A DNA stretch of 32,000 bases. Origin: an uncultured Actinomycetes bacterium (GTDB taxonomy: Bacteria; Actinomycetota; Actinomycetes; S36-B12; CAIYMF01). This document shows positions 25,019-32,000 of this stretch, piece after piece. Position 1 is the stretch's first letter; each line of letters starts with the position of its first letter. Position numbers and translations under genes: made by a program. The notes below the pieces were generated by a model. It was given only the letters and a program-made list of their open reading frames with translations, was not told where the DNA came from and ran no database searches. The DNA lies in contig CAWJMG010000003.1 of the NCBI GenBank assembly GCA_963843975.1, positions 1 through 32,000 on the forward strand. The letters run 5' to 3'.

Positions 25019-26401
25019 TCAGGGCCGGCGTCGGTCGGGGGGCGGGGTGAACTGCCAGTAGCCGGACAGGCGTGGGTCAGTTCCGGCGGAGGTGACGATC
25101 CAGCCACCTTCGTGGACTGCTCTGTGGTGGGCCTCGCACAGGAGCACGCAGTTGTCGAGGTCGGTCAATCCGCCGTGCTCCCAGTGCTGCACGTGGTGGG
25201 CGCGGCAGCGGCGGACGTTCACGTGACAGCCCGGGAAGGCGCAGTGCTGGTCTCGGTGTTCGAGCGCGCGACGGAGCCGGGGTGGCACCACGCGGAAGTC
25301 GCGTCCGACGTACAGGAACGGCTCGTTGGCCTCGCGCAGCACCAGGTCGATGGGGTGGAGTCCGCGGTCGGGGTTGGCGGTGATGACCGGGCTGATCTCG
25401 GCGTCGCAGAGGAACCGGCGGAACGCCTCGGGGATGACCACCGCGGGGGTGTCGTGCCCGGGCAGGAGCATCTCGCCTCCGAGGCCGATGTCGAGCCGGT
25501 CGAGGCTGCCACGTAGGGCGATGCGGGGGAGGAGGCCGTGGTGGGTGCCCAGGCTTCCGGACTCGAGGGCGTCGGTGCAGATCTGCGCGAGTGCGAGGGC
25601 GTGCAAGTGGGCCTGGCGCTGTCGCTCCTTGCGGTCGGCGGCACGGGTGTCGCCGTCGCAGTCGATACGGTCTTCGTCGGGGAGCTCGTTGTTGCGATAC
25701 CAGCCGTCGACGACCTGCTCGAGGGCCGTGCGGATCTGGGCGTAGGTCTCGTTGGACAGGTAGCCCTTGACCTGGACGCCCTCGCCGACGGGGGTGAAGC
25801 GGATGTGCTGCTCGTCGTTCGCGTCCATCTCGGCCTGGTTGGACCCGTCTGGATCCACGTGGCCGCGTAGGCCCTTGAGCTTGGCGGCCATCCGGTCGGG
25901 GGTCTGGCGCTCGGCGTGGGGCAGGAGACGCTGCAGGGTCGACTGGCGCAGGGCGGCGCGCTCGGCGCTGGGCACGCGGATCAGGCAGGTGTCGATGCCG
26001 TGCCGCACGGTGGAGGCCATGGAGCCGGAGATCGCCCCCGTGAGCCAGGCGTCGAGCAGGTCGGAGTAGTCCTCGGACAGCGATCGGGCGCCGGCGATGA
26101 GTCCGTTGGCCTCGCGGGAGTGCAGGCCGCCGGCCTGCTCGAGCCAGCGACCCAACGACACCTGCCCGTCGGGCAGCCACCCGGACGCGTGCACGGCACC
26201 GACCGCGACGGTGGCGGCGGCCTTGGCCTGGTCGGCGCTGCGCAGCACGCTCATGGCGAGGGCCGGCTGCACGACCGCGGGGGCCGCGGCGAACCCTCCC
26301 TCACGCGCAACCTCTGCGACGAGCTCAGTGGCCTCGGCGAGCAAGGACACCGCATGGACGGCCTTCTGCTCGAGAGTGAGACCCGTCAAACTCGTACGCA
26401 T
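25019..26401 (-). CDS. DUF222 + HNH endonuclease domain protein (13E12-repeat-type)
   Basis: The likely start is ATG 26401 (MRTSLTGLTLEQKAV...). C-terminal HNH: HCAFPGCHVNVRRCRAHHVQHWEHGGLTDLDNCVLLCEAHHRAVHEGGW. Confidence 0.85.
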   Translation of the reverse strand: MRTSLTGLTLEQKAVHAVSLLAEATELVAEVAREGGFAAAPAVVQPALAMSVLRSADQAKAAATVAVGAVHASGWLPDGQVSLGRWLEQAGGLHSREANGLIAGARSLSEDYSDLLDAWLTGAISGSMASTVRHGIDTCLIRVPSAERAALRQSTLQRLLPHAERQTPDRMAAKLKGLRGHVDPDGSNQAEMDANDEQHIRFTPVGEGVQVKGYLSNETYAQIRTALEQVVDGWYRNNELPDEDRIDCDGDTRAADRKERQRQAHLHALALAQICTDALESGSLGTHHGLLPRIALRGSLDRLDIGLGGEMLLPGHDTPAVVIPEAFRRFLCDAEISPVITANPDRGLHPIDLVLREANEPFLYVGRDFRVVPPRLRRALEHRDQHCAFPGCHVNVRRCRAHHVQHWEHGGLTDLDNCVLLCEAHHRAVHEGGWIVTSAGTDPRLSGYWQFTPPPDRRRP

Positions 26402-26781
26402 GTACGAATTCAACCGCGGCCCTCCGACAGGCGTCAACCCCCAAAGCGCAGCAACCGCAACGGATTCCGAGGCCTCTTGTCCACAGGACAAGCCGTACGG
26501 CGGGTCGTCCACAGGTAGCACCGCGAGGGTGTCCGGATCGTCGACCCGGCCCCTCGCAGATGCCGTCCGGACGGGCCTGCGCGGGCGGGAGGCCGTGCGC
26601 TCCAGGGGGTTTCGCCGCGTGACCTGCACCACTCCGACCAGTTGTCAAGGGCCTCTCGGCCCGAAAGCCGTTGGGATCAGGACACTTTCGCCCCGCGTGT
26701 CGTCGGGCGATCAGTGCACGGGGCCGGTTAGGTTCTGGTGAGCGCCGGACGGTGGGTCCGGCCGCACCCCGGAGGATTCCT

Positions 26782-27213
26782 GTGGCAGAGAGCGTCAACA
26801 AGGCAGAGCTGGTCGACCGTCTCGCGGCTCGCCTGGACGTCACCAAGAAGCTCGCGGGCGAGGCCGTCGAGGCCATCGTCGACGAGATCACCAAGTCGGT
26901 CGCCAAGGGCGACAAGGTCGCGATCAGCGGCTTCGGCGTGTTCGAGAAGGCCGACCGTGCCGCTCGCGTGGGCCGCAACCCGCAGACCGGCGCGACCGTG
27001 AAGATCAAGGCCACCTCGGTGCCGAAGTTCCGCGCCGGCGCCGAGTTCAAGGCCACCGTGGCCGGCAAGAAGAAGGCCGCCCCGGCGAAGAAGGCCGCCC
27101 CGGCCAAGAAGGCTGCTCCGGCCGCCAAGAAGGCCGCTCCGGCCAAGAAGGCTGCTCCGGCCGCCAAGAAGGCCGCTCCGGCCAAGAAGGCCGCTCCGGC
27201 CCGCAAGAGGTGA
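26782..27213 (+). CDS. hup: HU-type nucleoid protein with a lysine/alanine/proline-rich C-terminal tail (HupB/Hlp-like)
   Basis: GTG 26782 lies 5 nt after ggagga. HU fold: VNKAELVDRLAARLDVTKKLAGEAVEAIVDEITKSVAKGDKVAISGFGVFEKADRAARVGRNPQTGATVKIKATSVPKFRAGAEFK. It is followed by PAKKAA repeats. Confidence 0.93.
   Translation: MAESVNKAELVDRLAARLDVTKKLAGEAVEAIVDEITKSVAKGDKVAISGFGVFEKADRAARVGRNPQTGATVKIKATSVPKFRAGAEFKATVAGKKKAAPAKKAAPAKKAAPAAKKAAPAKKAAPAAKKAAPAKKAAPARKR
27067..27210 (+). repeat. In-frame tandem 18/21-bp repeats encoding (K)KAAPA(A)KK
   Basis: aagaaggccgc(c/t)ccggcc(gcc) is reiterated about 7 times within hup. Confidence 0.9.
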
Positions 27214-27250
27214 TCCGCGCGGCGCAGGCCGCGTGACACGCACCAACTCC

Positions 27251-27287
27251 GGAGAGGGCCCGGGTCCGCGAGGACCCGGGCCCTCTC
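27251..27287. terminator. Bidirectional stem-loop between the convergent hup and the small minus-strand gene
   Basis: ggagagggcccgggtcc-gcg-aggacccgggccctctcc, a stem of about 17 bp. Confidence 0.7.
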
Positions 27288-27341
27288 CGCGCGTCCTGGG
27301 CCAGTCAGCCCGATCAGGTCCGGTCAGGTCCGGTCAGCCGG

Positions 27342-27551
27342 TCAACCCGGCAGGCCGACGACGACGGCCGACCCCTCGGCGTCGCGCAGCACCTGCACGC
27401 GCTGGCCGCTGCGCAGGAGCAGGAGCCCGCCAGCAGCGAACGCGCCGGCGCTGTAGTCGAGCACGCTGCCGTCGTCGAGCAGCACGCTCCCCGCACCCGT
27501 CGCCGCGTCGTGGTCTCGGACGGTCGCGGCGACCGCCGTGCGGTCACTCAC
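27342..27551 (-). CDS. Small conserved protein (69 aa), cold-shock/OB-like pattern
   Basis: The GTG start overlaps the cofC stop. Protein: VSDRTAVAATVRDHDAATGAGSVLLDDGSVLDYSAGAFAAGGLLLLRSGQRVQVLRDAEGSAVVVGLPG. The G-x-G-x-LLDDG...F...LR-x-GQRV pattern recalls small actinobacterial CSD-like proteins. Confidence 0.5.
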   Translation of the reverse strand: MSDRTAVAATVRDHDAATGAGSVLLDDGSVLDYSAGAFAAGGLLLLRSGQRVQVLRDAEGSAVVVGLPG

Positions 27552-28204
27552 CCAGCACCAGCCGGGCGGACGCAGGTCCGAGACCGAGGCGCCCGGCGTC
27601 CCACAGGTCGACCTCGGTGTCGACGTCGCGGCGCAGACCGGGCACCGGGCCTGGCTCCAGAGCGATGGCACCCGACGCCGCGTGAGCCGCGCGCGACCGC
27701 GGGCCGAAGCGCGGGTCCAGCCCGACTCCGGGGGCGGCGGTGAGCAGCGTGGTGCCGGTGCCGGCGGCGTCCGCCACGAAGCCCCGGGCGACGTGCGCAG
27801 CGGCGGCCAGCGCTCGCCGCAGCTCGTCCGTCCGGAGGGCGGGCAGGTCGGCCACGAGCGCCGCGACGGCGAGCCCGGGCTCCTCGGCACCCAGCCGCTC
27901 GGAGACGGCCGACAGCACCCCGTTGAGACCGAGCCTCCGGCTCATCGGAGACCCAGGTCGCGCCGAGGGCGGCGACGGCGTCGCGCACCTCGGCGTCGTC
28001 GCAGATCACGACGACCCGGGCCACGTCGTCGCATGCGAGCGCCGAGCGCACCGTGTCGAGGGCGAAGGCGAGGGCGAGCGAGCGGCGCTCGGGTGCGGGA
28101 CGGGTGGAGAGCCTCGTCTTGGCCCGGGCGAGCTGCTTCACCGGGGCGAGGACCACCCACTCCGGCGAGGGCGGGGCGGTGGACACTCCGACATCCTCGC
28201 CCAT
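27544..28204 (-). pseudogene. fbiD: 2-phospho-L-lactate / phosphoenolpyruvate guanylyltransferase (F420 biosynthesis), apparent 1-nt frameshift near 27930
   Basis: The N-terminal frame reads EWVVLAPVKQLARAKTRLSTRPAPERRSLALAFALDTVRSALA...VVVICDDAEVRDAVAALGATWVSDEPEA. It continues in another frame as GLNGVLSAVSERLG...ALVADLPALRTDELRRAL...FVADAAGTGTTLLTA...DPRFGPRSRAAH...GLRRDVDTEVDL. Confidence 0.8.
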
Positions 28205-28280
28205 GAGTGGTGTCGCGCTGGACCCGCGCCCCCGCGAGGGCGAGGATCGGCACCCGGGACGGCGAGAGGAGGTGCAGGAC

Positions 28281-29102
28281 ATGGCCAAGCGGCGCAGCGG
28301 CAAGAAGCTCGGCTTCTGGTACCTGTTCTGCGTCGGCCTGCTGCGTCCCGCCCTGCTGCTGCTCACCAAGCGCGACTGGCGCGGGGTCGAGAACCTCCGG
28401 CCGGAGATCCTGCCCGACGGTTCGCAGGAGGGCGTCGTCGTCTGCCCCAACCACATCTCGTGGTTCGACCCGCTCGTGAGCGCGCACTTCTTCTACGACA
28501 ACGGCCGGCCGCCGAGGTTCCTCGGCAAGGAGTCGGTCTTCCGCGTCCCGGTGTTCGGCTGGATCCTGCGCAACGCCGGCCAGATCCCCGTCTACCGCGA
28601 GACGGCGGACGCGAGCAATGCAGTGCGCGACGCGATCTCAGCCGTGGAGCGGGGCGAGTGCGTCGTGCTCTACCCCGAGGGCACCATCACCCGCGACCCA
28701 GGCATCTGGCCCATGCGCGGCAAGACAGGTGCCGCACGCGTGGCGCTGCTCTCGGGAGCGCCGCTCATCCCGGTGGCCATGTGGGGGCCGCAGGCCGTGA
28801 TGCGCCCCTACGTCAACGAGTTCCGCATCCTGCCGCGCAAGACCATGCAGGTCGTCGCCGGCGAGGCGGTCGACATCGACGACCTGCGCGGCCGGCCGCT
28901 CAACGCCGAGCTGCTGCAGGAGGCGACCGATCGGCTCGTCGACGCGATCGTGCTGCTCGTCGAGGGCCTGAGGGGGGAGACTGCACCTACGGAGCGGTTC
29001 GACTTCAAGGCGTACCGCGCCGCACAGGCCGCAGCCTCGGGCGAGACGCCAGGGCAGCACGGCTCGACCGGGTCCATCGACGAGGAGAGGTCGCACGACT
29101 GA
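28281..29102 (+). CDS. plsC: 1-acyl-sn-glycerol-3-phosphate (lysophospholipid) acyltransferase
   Basis: ATG 28281 lies after the RBS gagaggagg. HX4D motif: CPNHISWFDP. Also FRVPVFGWILRNAGQIPV and YPEGTITRD. Confidence 0.88.
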   Translation: MAKRRSGKKLGFWYLFCVGLLRPALLLLTKRDWRGVENLRPEILPDGSQEGVVVCPNHISWFDPLVSAHFFYDNGRPPRFLGKESVFRVPVFGWILRNAGQIPVYRETADASNAVRDAISAVERGECVVLYPEGTITRDPGIWPMRGKTGAARVALLSGAPLIPVAMWGPQAVMRPYVNEFRILPRKTMQVVAGEAVDIDDLRGRPLNAELLQEATDRLVDAIVLLVEGLRGETAPTERFDFKAYRAAQAAASGETPGQHGSTGSIDEERSHD

Positions 29103-30106
29103 TGCGCATCGCGGTCATGGGAACGGGCTCGTGGGGCACGGCGTACGCCATGGTGCTCGCCGACGCCGGCAACGAGGTCGTGATGTGGGGCCGGGACGCC
29201 GAGCTGTGCGAGGCCATCACCTCGACGCACGAGAACCCGCGCTACCACCCCGGCATCGCCCTGCCCGCGTCGCTGCGTGCGACGACGGATCCGGGCGACG
29301 CGCTGCGCGGCGTCACCGTGGCGGTGCTCGCGGTGCCGGCCCAGACCCTGCGCGCGAACCTGTCGTCGTGGACCGACGTCCTCCCCAAGGGTGCCGTGCT
29401 CGTCTCGCTCATGAAGGGCGTCGAGCAGGGGACGACCAAGCGCATGAGCGAGGTCGCAGCCGAGGTCGCCGGCGTCGACGCCTCGCAGGTCGCCGTCGTC
29501 TCAGGGCCCAACCTCGCGCGTGAGATCGCCGAGCGCCAGCCCGCCGCCACGACCATCGCGTGCCCGAACCCTGCGACGGCCGAGCTGCTCGCCGAGGCCA
29601 GCACGACGGCGTACTTCCGCCCCTACTGGTCGACCGACGTCGTCGGCACCGAGATCGGCGGCTCGGTGAAGAACGTCGTCGCGCTCGCCAACGGCATGGC
29701 CGTGGGCATGGGGTACGGAGAGAACGCGCAGTCCGCTCTCATCACGCGCGGCCTTGCAGAGATGACGCGGCTCGGCGTCGCGCTCGGCGCCTCGCCGCTG
29801 ACCTTCCTCGGACTCGCCGGCATCGGCGACCTCGTGGCCACCTGCCAGTCGCCGCTCTCGCGCAACCGCACCTTCGGCGAGCACCTCGGCCGCGGTCTCA
29901 CCCTCGACGAGGCCACTGCGGAGATGAAGCAGACCTGCGAGGGCGTGAAGTCGTGCCGCGCGATCCTCGAGCTGGCCCAGGGCGTGGGCGTCGACATGCC
30001 CATCACCGAGCAGGTCGTCGAGGTCGTCCACGCCGGCCTCGACCCGCGCGAGATGCTCCAGGCCTTCATGAGCCGCAGCCTCAAGGCCGAGGCCGAGGTC
30101 GGCTGA
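29102..30106 (+). CDS. gpsA: NAD(P)H-dependent glycerol-3-phosphate dehydrogenase
   Basis: MRIAVMGTGSWGTAYAMVLADAGNEV...SGPNLAREIA...GSVKNVVALANGM... The ATG overlaps the plsC stop (TGATG). Confidence 0.95.
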   Translation: MRIAVMGTGSWGTAYAMVLADAGNEVVMWGRDAELCEAITSTHENPRYHPGIALPASLRATTDPGDALRGVTVAVLAVPAQTLRANLSSWTDVLPKGAVLVSLMKGVEQGTTKRMSEVAAEVAGVDASQVAVVSGPNLAREIAERQPAATTIACPNPATAELLAEASTTAYFRPYWSTDVVGTEIGGSVKNVVALANGMAVGMGYGENAQSALITRGLAEMTRLGVALGASPLTFLGLAGIGDLVATCQSPLSRNRTFGEHLGRGLTLDEATAEMKQTCEGVKSCRAILELAQGVGVDMPITEQVVEVVHAGLDPREMLQAFMSRSLKAEAEVG

Positions 30107-30118
30107 CCGTCCCGAGCG

Positions 30119-31249
30119 CTACGGCGCGAGGGTGTCGAGCGCCTTGCTCAGGTCCGTCCAGAGGTCGTCGACGTCCTCGATGCCGACCGAGAGGCGGATC
30201 AGCGTCTCGGGGATGTCGGGCCGCTCCTCGATCCACCGGCGACGCCGCTCCCACGACGTCTCGACGCCGCCGAGGCTCGTGGCGTGGATGACGACGCGGC
30301 TGCGGTCGCACATCGCGTCGGTCTCCGCGGCGCTGCCGACGGTCTCGAACGACACGATCGTGCCGAAGCCGTCCATCTGCTTGGCGGCGACGAGGTGGCC
30401 GGGATCGTCCGGCAGCCCCGGGTAGCGCACGTTGCGCACGGCCGGGTGCGACTGCAGGCGTACGGCGAGCTCGAGGGCCGAGGCCTGCGCCTGCCGGAGC
30501 CTCAGCGCGAGCGTCCGCATGCCCCGTAGGCCGAGGTACGCGTCCAGCGGCCCGGGGATCGCGCCGACCAGCGTCCGGACGCGCAGCACCCGCGCGAGCA
30601 GTGCGTCGTCAGCCGTGACGACCGCGCCGAGCAGCACGTCGGAGTGCCCGGCCAGCGCCTTGGTGGCGGAGTGCACGACGACGTCGACCCCGAGCTGCAG
30701 CGGCCGCTGCAGCAGCGGCGTCGCGAAGGTGTTGTCGCACACGGTCATGACGCCGTGCTCGCGTGCGGCGGCGGTTGCCGCTGCGAGGTCGCACACCTCG
30801 AGCGCGGGGTTGGTCGGCGTCTCGATCCACAGCACCGCGGCGCCCTCGCACGCGGCGGCGACGGCGTCCGCGTCGTCGATCTGCACGAGCCGCACCACCA
30901 CGCGGCCGGCCGCCTCGAGGTCGCGCAGCCGCGCGGCCGTGCCGGAGTAGGAGTGCGACGACACGACGACGACGCCGCCGGTCGGCACGAGGTCGAGCAC
31001 TGCCGAGACCGCGCCCATGCCGCTCGCGAAGGCGAGGCAGCGTCCGCCCTCGAGCCGGCCGAGCACCTCCTCGAACGCCTCCCAGGCAGGGTTCGACGTG
31101 CGCGCGTAGCCGACAGGGCCGCCGGCATGGAACGTCGAGGACAGCACGACGGGCACGTTCACGGGGGCGTCGGGCGCCGCCGCCGGTCGTCCGGCGGACA
31201 CGACCACCGTCTCGGGGCGCAGCGTCTCGGGGCTCGTGGGCTCGGTCAC
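30119..31249 (-). CDS. Cys/Met-metabolism PLP-dependent enzyme (cystathionine gamma-synthase/lyase family)
   Basis: GTG start. PLP-lysine motif VVHSATKALAGHSDVLLG. Family-typical C-terminus: IRLSVGIEDVDDLWTDL. Confidence 0.88.
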   Translation of the reverse strand: MTEPTSPETLRPETVVVSAGRPAAAPDAPVNVPVVLSSTFHAGGPVGYARTSNPAWEAFEEVLGRLEGGRCLAFASGMGAVSAVLDLVPTGGVVVVSSHSYSGTAARLRDLEAAGRVVVRLVQIDDADAVAAACEGAAVLWIETPTNPALEVCDLAAATAAAREHGVMTVCDNTFATPLLQRPLQLGVDVVVHSATKALAGHSDVLLGAVVTADDALLARVLRVRTLVGAIPGPLDAYLGLRGMRTLALRLRQAQASALELAVRLQSHPAVRNVRYPGLPDDPGHLVAAKQMDGFGTIVSFETVGSAAETDAMCDRSRVVIHATSLGGVETSWERRRRWIEERPDIPETLIRLSVGIEDVDDLWTDLSKALDTLAP

Positions 31250-31313
31250 GCGACGACGCTAGCCGACGGAAGCCTGGCGGGGGCAGCACGGAGCGCCCAC
31301 TAGGGTTGACGCC

Positions 31314-32000
31314 GTGAGCGAGTCCCGGCGCATCCGCGTGGCCGTCGTCTTCGGCGGCAGGTCCAGCGAGCACGCCATCTCCTGCGTCTCCGCCGGATCC
31401 GTGCTCCGCGCCCTCGACCGTGACCGCTACGACGTCGTCCCCATAGGGCTCACGACCGACGGCCGCTGGGTGCTCGAGAGCGACGACCCCGACCGCTTGC
31501 GCATCACCGACGGCGTCCTGCCGCACGTCGACGGCACCGGCACCGCACTCGTCCTCCCGGGCGACCCCACCCGCCGCGACCTCGAGGTCCACGCGCCCGG
31601 CGACGTGCCCGGCACGCTGGCGGGCGTCGACGTCGTCTTCCCCGTCCTGCACGGCGCGTACGGCGAGGACGGCACGATCCAGGGCCTGCTCGAGATGGCC
31701 GGCGTCCCGTACGTCGGCAGCGGCGTGCTCGCGTCCGCGGCGGCCATGGACAAGGGCGTCATGAAGGCGCTGTTCGCCGGTGCAGGCCTCGAGCAGGCGC
31801 CGTACGCCGTCATCACCGACCGCGACTGGGCTCGCGACCGCGACGCGGCGCTCGCCCGCGTGTCGGCGCTGGGCCTGCCCGTGTTCGTGAAGCCGGCCAG
31901 GGCCGGGTCCTCGCTCGGGATCAGCAAGGTGTCCGACGCCTCCGACCTCGTCGCCGCGATCGAGTTCGCCCGCCAGCACGACCCGCGCGTGGTCGTGGAG
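31314..32000 (+). CDS. ddl: D-alanine--D-alanine ligase, N-terminal 229 aa (continues beyond the window)
   Basis: This is not in the supplied ORF track because it has no stop in the window. My own translation from GTG 31314 reads VSESRRIRVAVVFGGRSSEHAISCVSAGSVLRAL...VVFPVLHGAYGEDGTIQGLLEMAGVPYVGSGVLASAAAMDK... Confidence 0.9.
   Translation, partial: MSESRRIRVAVVFGGRSSEHAISCVSAGSVLRALDRDRYDVVPIGLTTDGRWVLESDDPDRLRITDGVLPHVDGTGTALVLPGDPTRRDLEVHAPGDVPGTLAGVDVVFPVLHGAYGEDGTIQGLLEMAGVPYVGSGVLASAAAMDKGVMKALFAGAGLEQAPYAVITDRDWARDRDAALARVSALGLPVFVKPARAGSSLGISKVSDASDLVAAIEFARQHDPRVVVE

Noticed and set aside
27067-27210. Regular short repeats that might be taken for a CRISPR array or minisatellite
   Set aside because: The repeats are contiguous with no spacers, in frame, and encode the PAKKAA tail of HU. 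I saw no CRISPR array anywhere in the window.
27314-27341. Short tandem repeat tcaggtccgg-tcaggtccgg-tcagccgg downstream of the small minus-strand gene
   Set aside because: It has only two and a half copies in a 3' untranslated spacer next to a strong terminator. That is too little to argue for a function.
27740-29101. 454-aa N-terminal extension of the gpsA ORF (a 788-aa ORF)
   Set aside because: The canonical GpsA N-terminus (MRIAVMGTGSWGTA) starts at 29102. The upstream part overlaps the plsC and cofC regions in a nonsense frame.
30609-31979. 456-aa minus-strand ORF spanning the PLP-enzyme gene and ddl
   Set aside because: It is out of frame with the PLP enzyme and antisense to ddl. The translation is Arg/Gly/Ala-rich with no motifs.

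Overview
High-GC (about 72%) actinobacterial chromosome with mycobacteria-like core synteny: gltX, tRNA-Gln, tRNA-Glu, then CDGSH protein, heme-oxygenase-like redox enzyme, M13 peptidase, K+ channel, IclR regulator, leuC, leuD, hup, fbiD/cofC, plsC, gpsA, a Cys/Met PLP enzyme and ddl. Two accessory insertions interrupt it. (1) A 14.7-kb integrative element sits in tRNA-Glu(CUC), bounded by a perfect 47-bp direct repeat (1322-1368 and 15997-16043). It encodes a tyrosine integrase, an excisionase-type HTH protein and a TrwC/MobF relaxase-helicase that is split by a 1-nt frameshift. No coupling protein or transfer apparatus is present. Half of the element is a single secreted RHS/YD-repeat polymorphic toxin of about 2450 aa. 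Its C-terminal module lies after the DPTGL core boundary, is low in GC, and has an unusual architecture. A translationally coupled immunity-like gene and a second orphan small gene follow it. This toxin-carrying mobilizable element is the best candidate for something new. (2) A roughly 3.5-kb lower-GC islet between leuD and hup carries small orphan ORFs, a NUDIX hydrolase and a DUF222-HNH (13E12-type) gene. fbiD/cofC also appears frameshifted. All calls rest on reading the translations, motifs and repeats by eye. No database search was possible.
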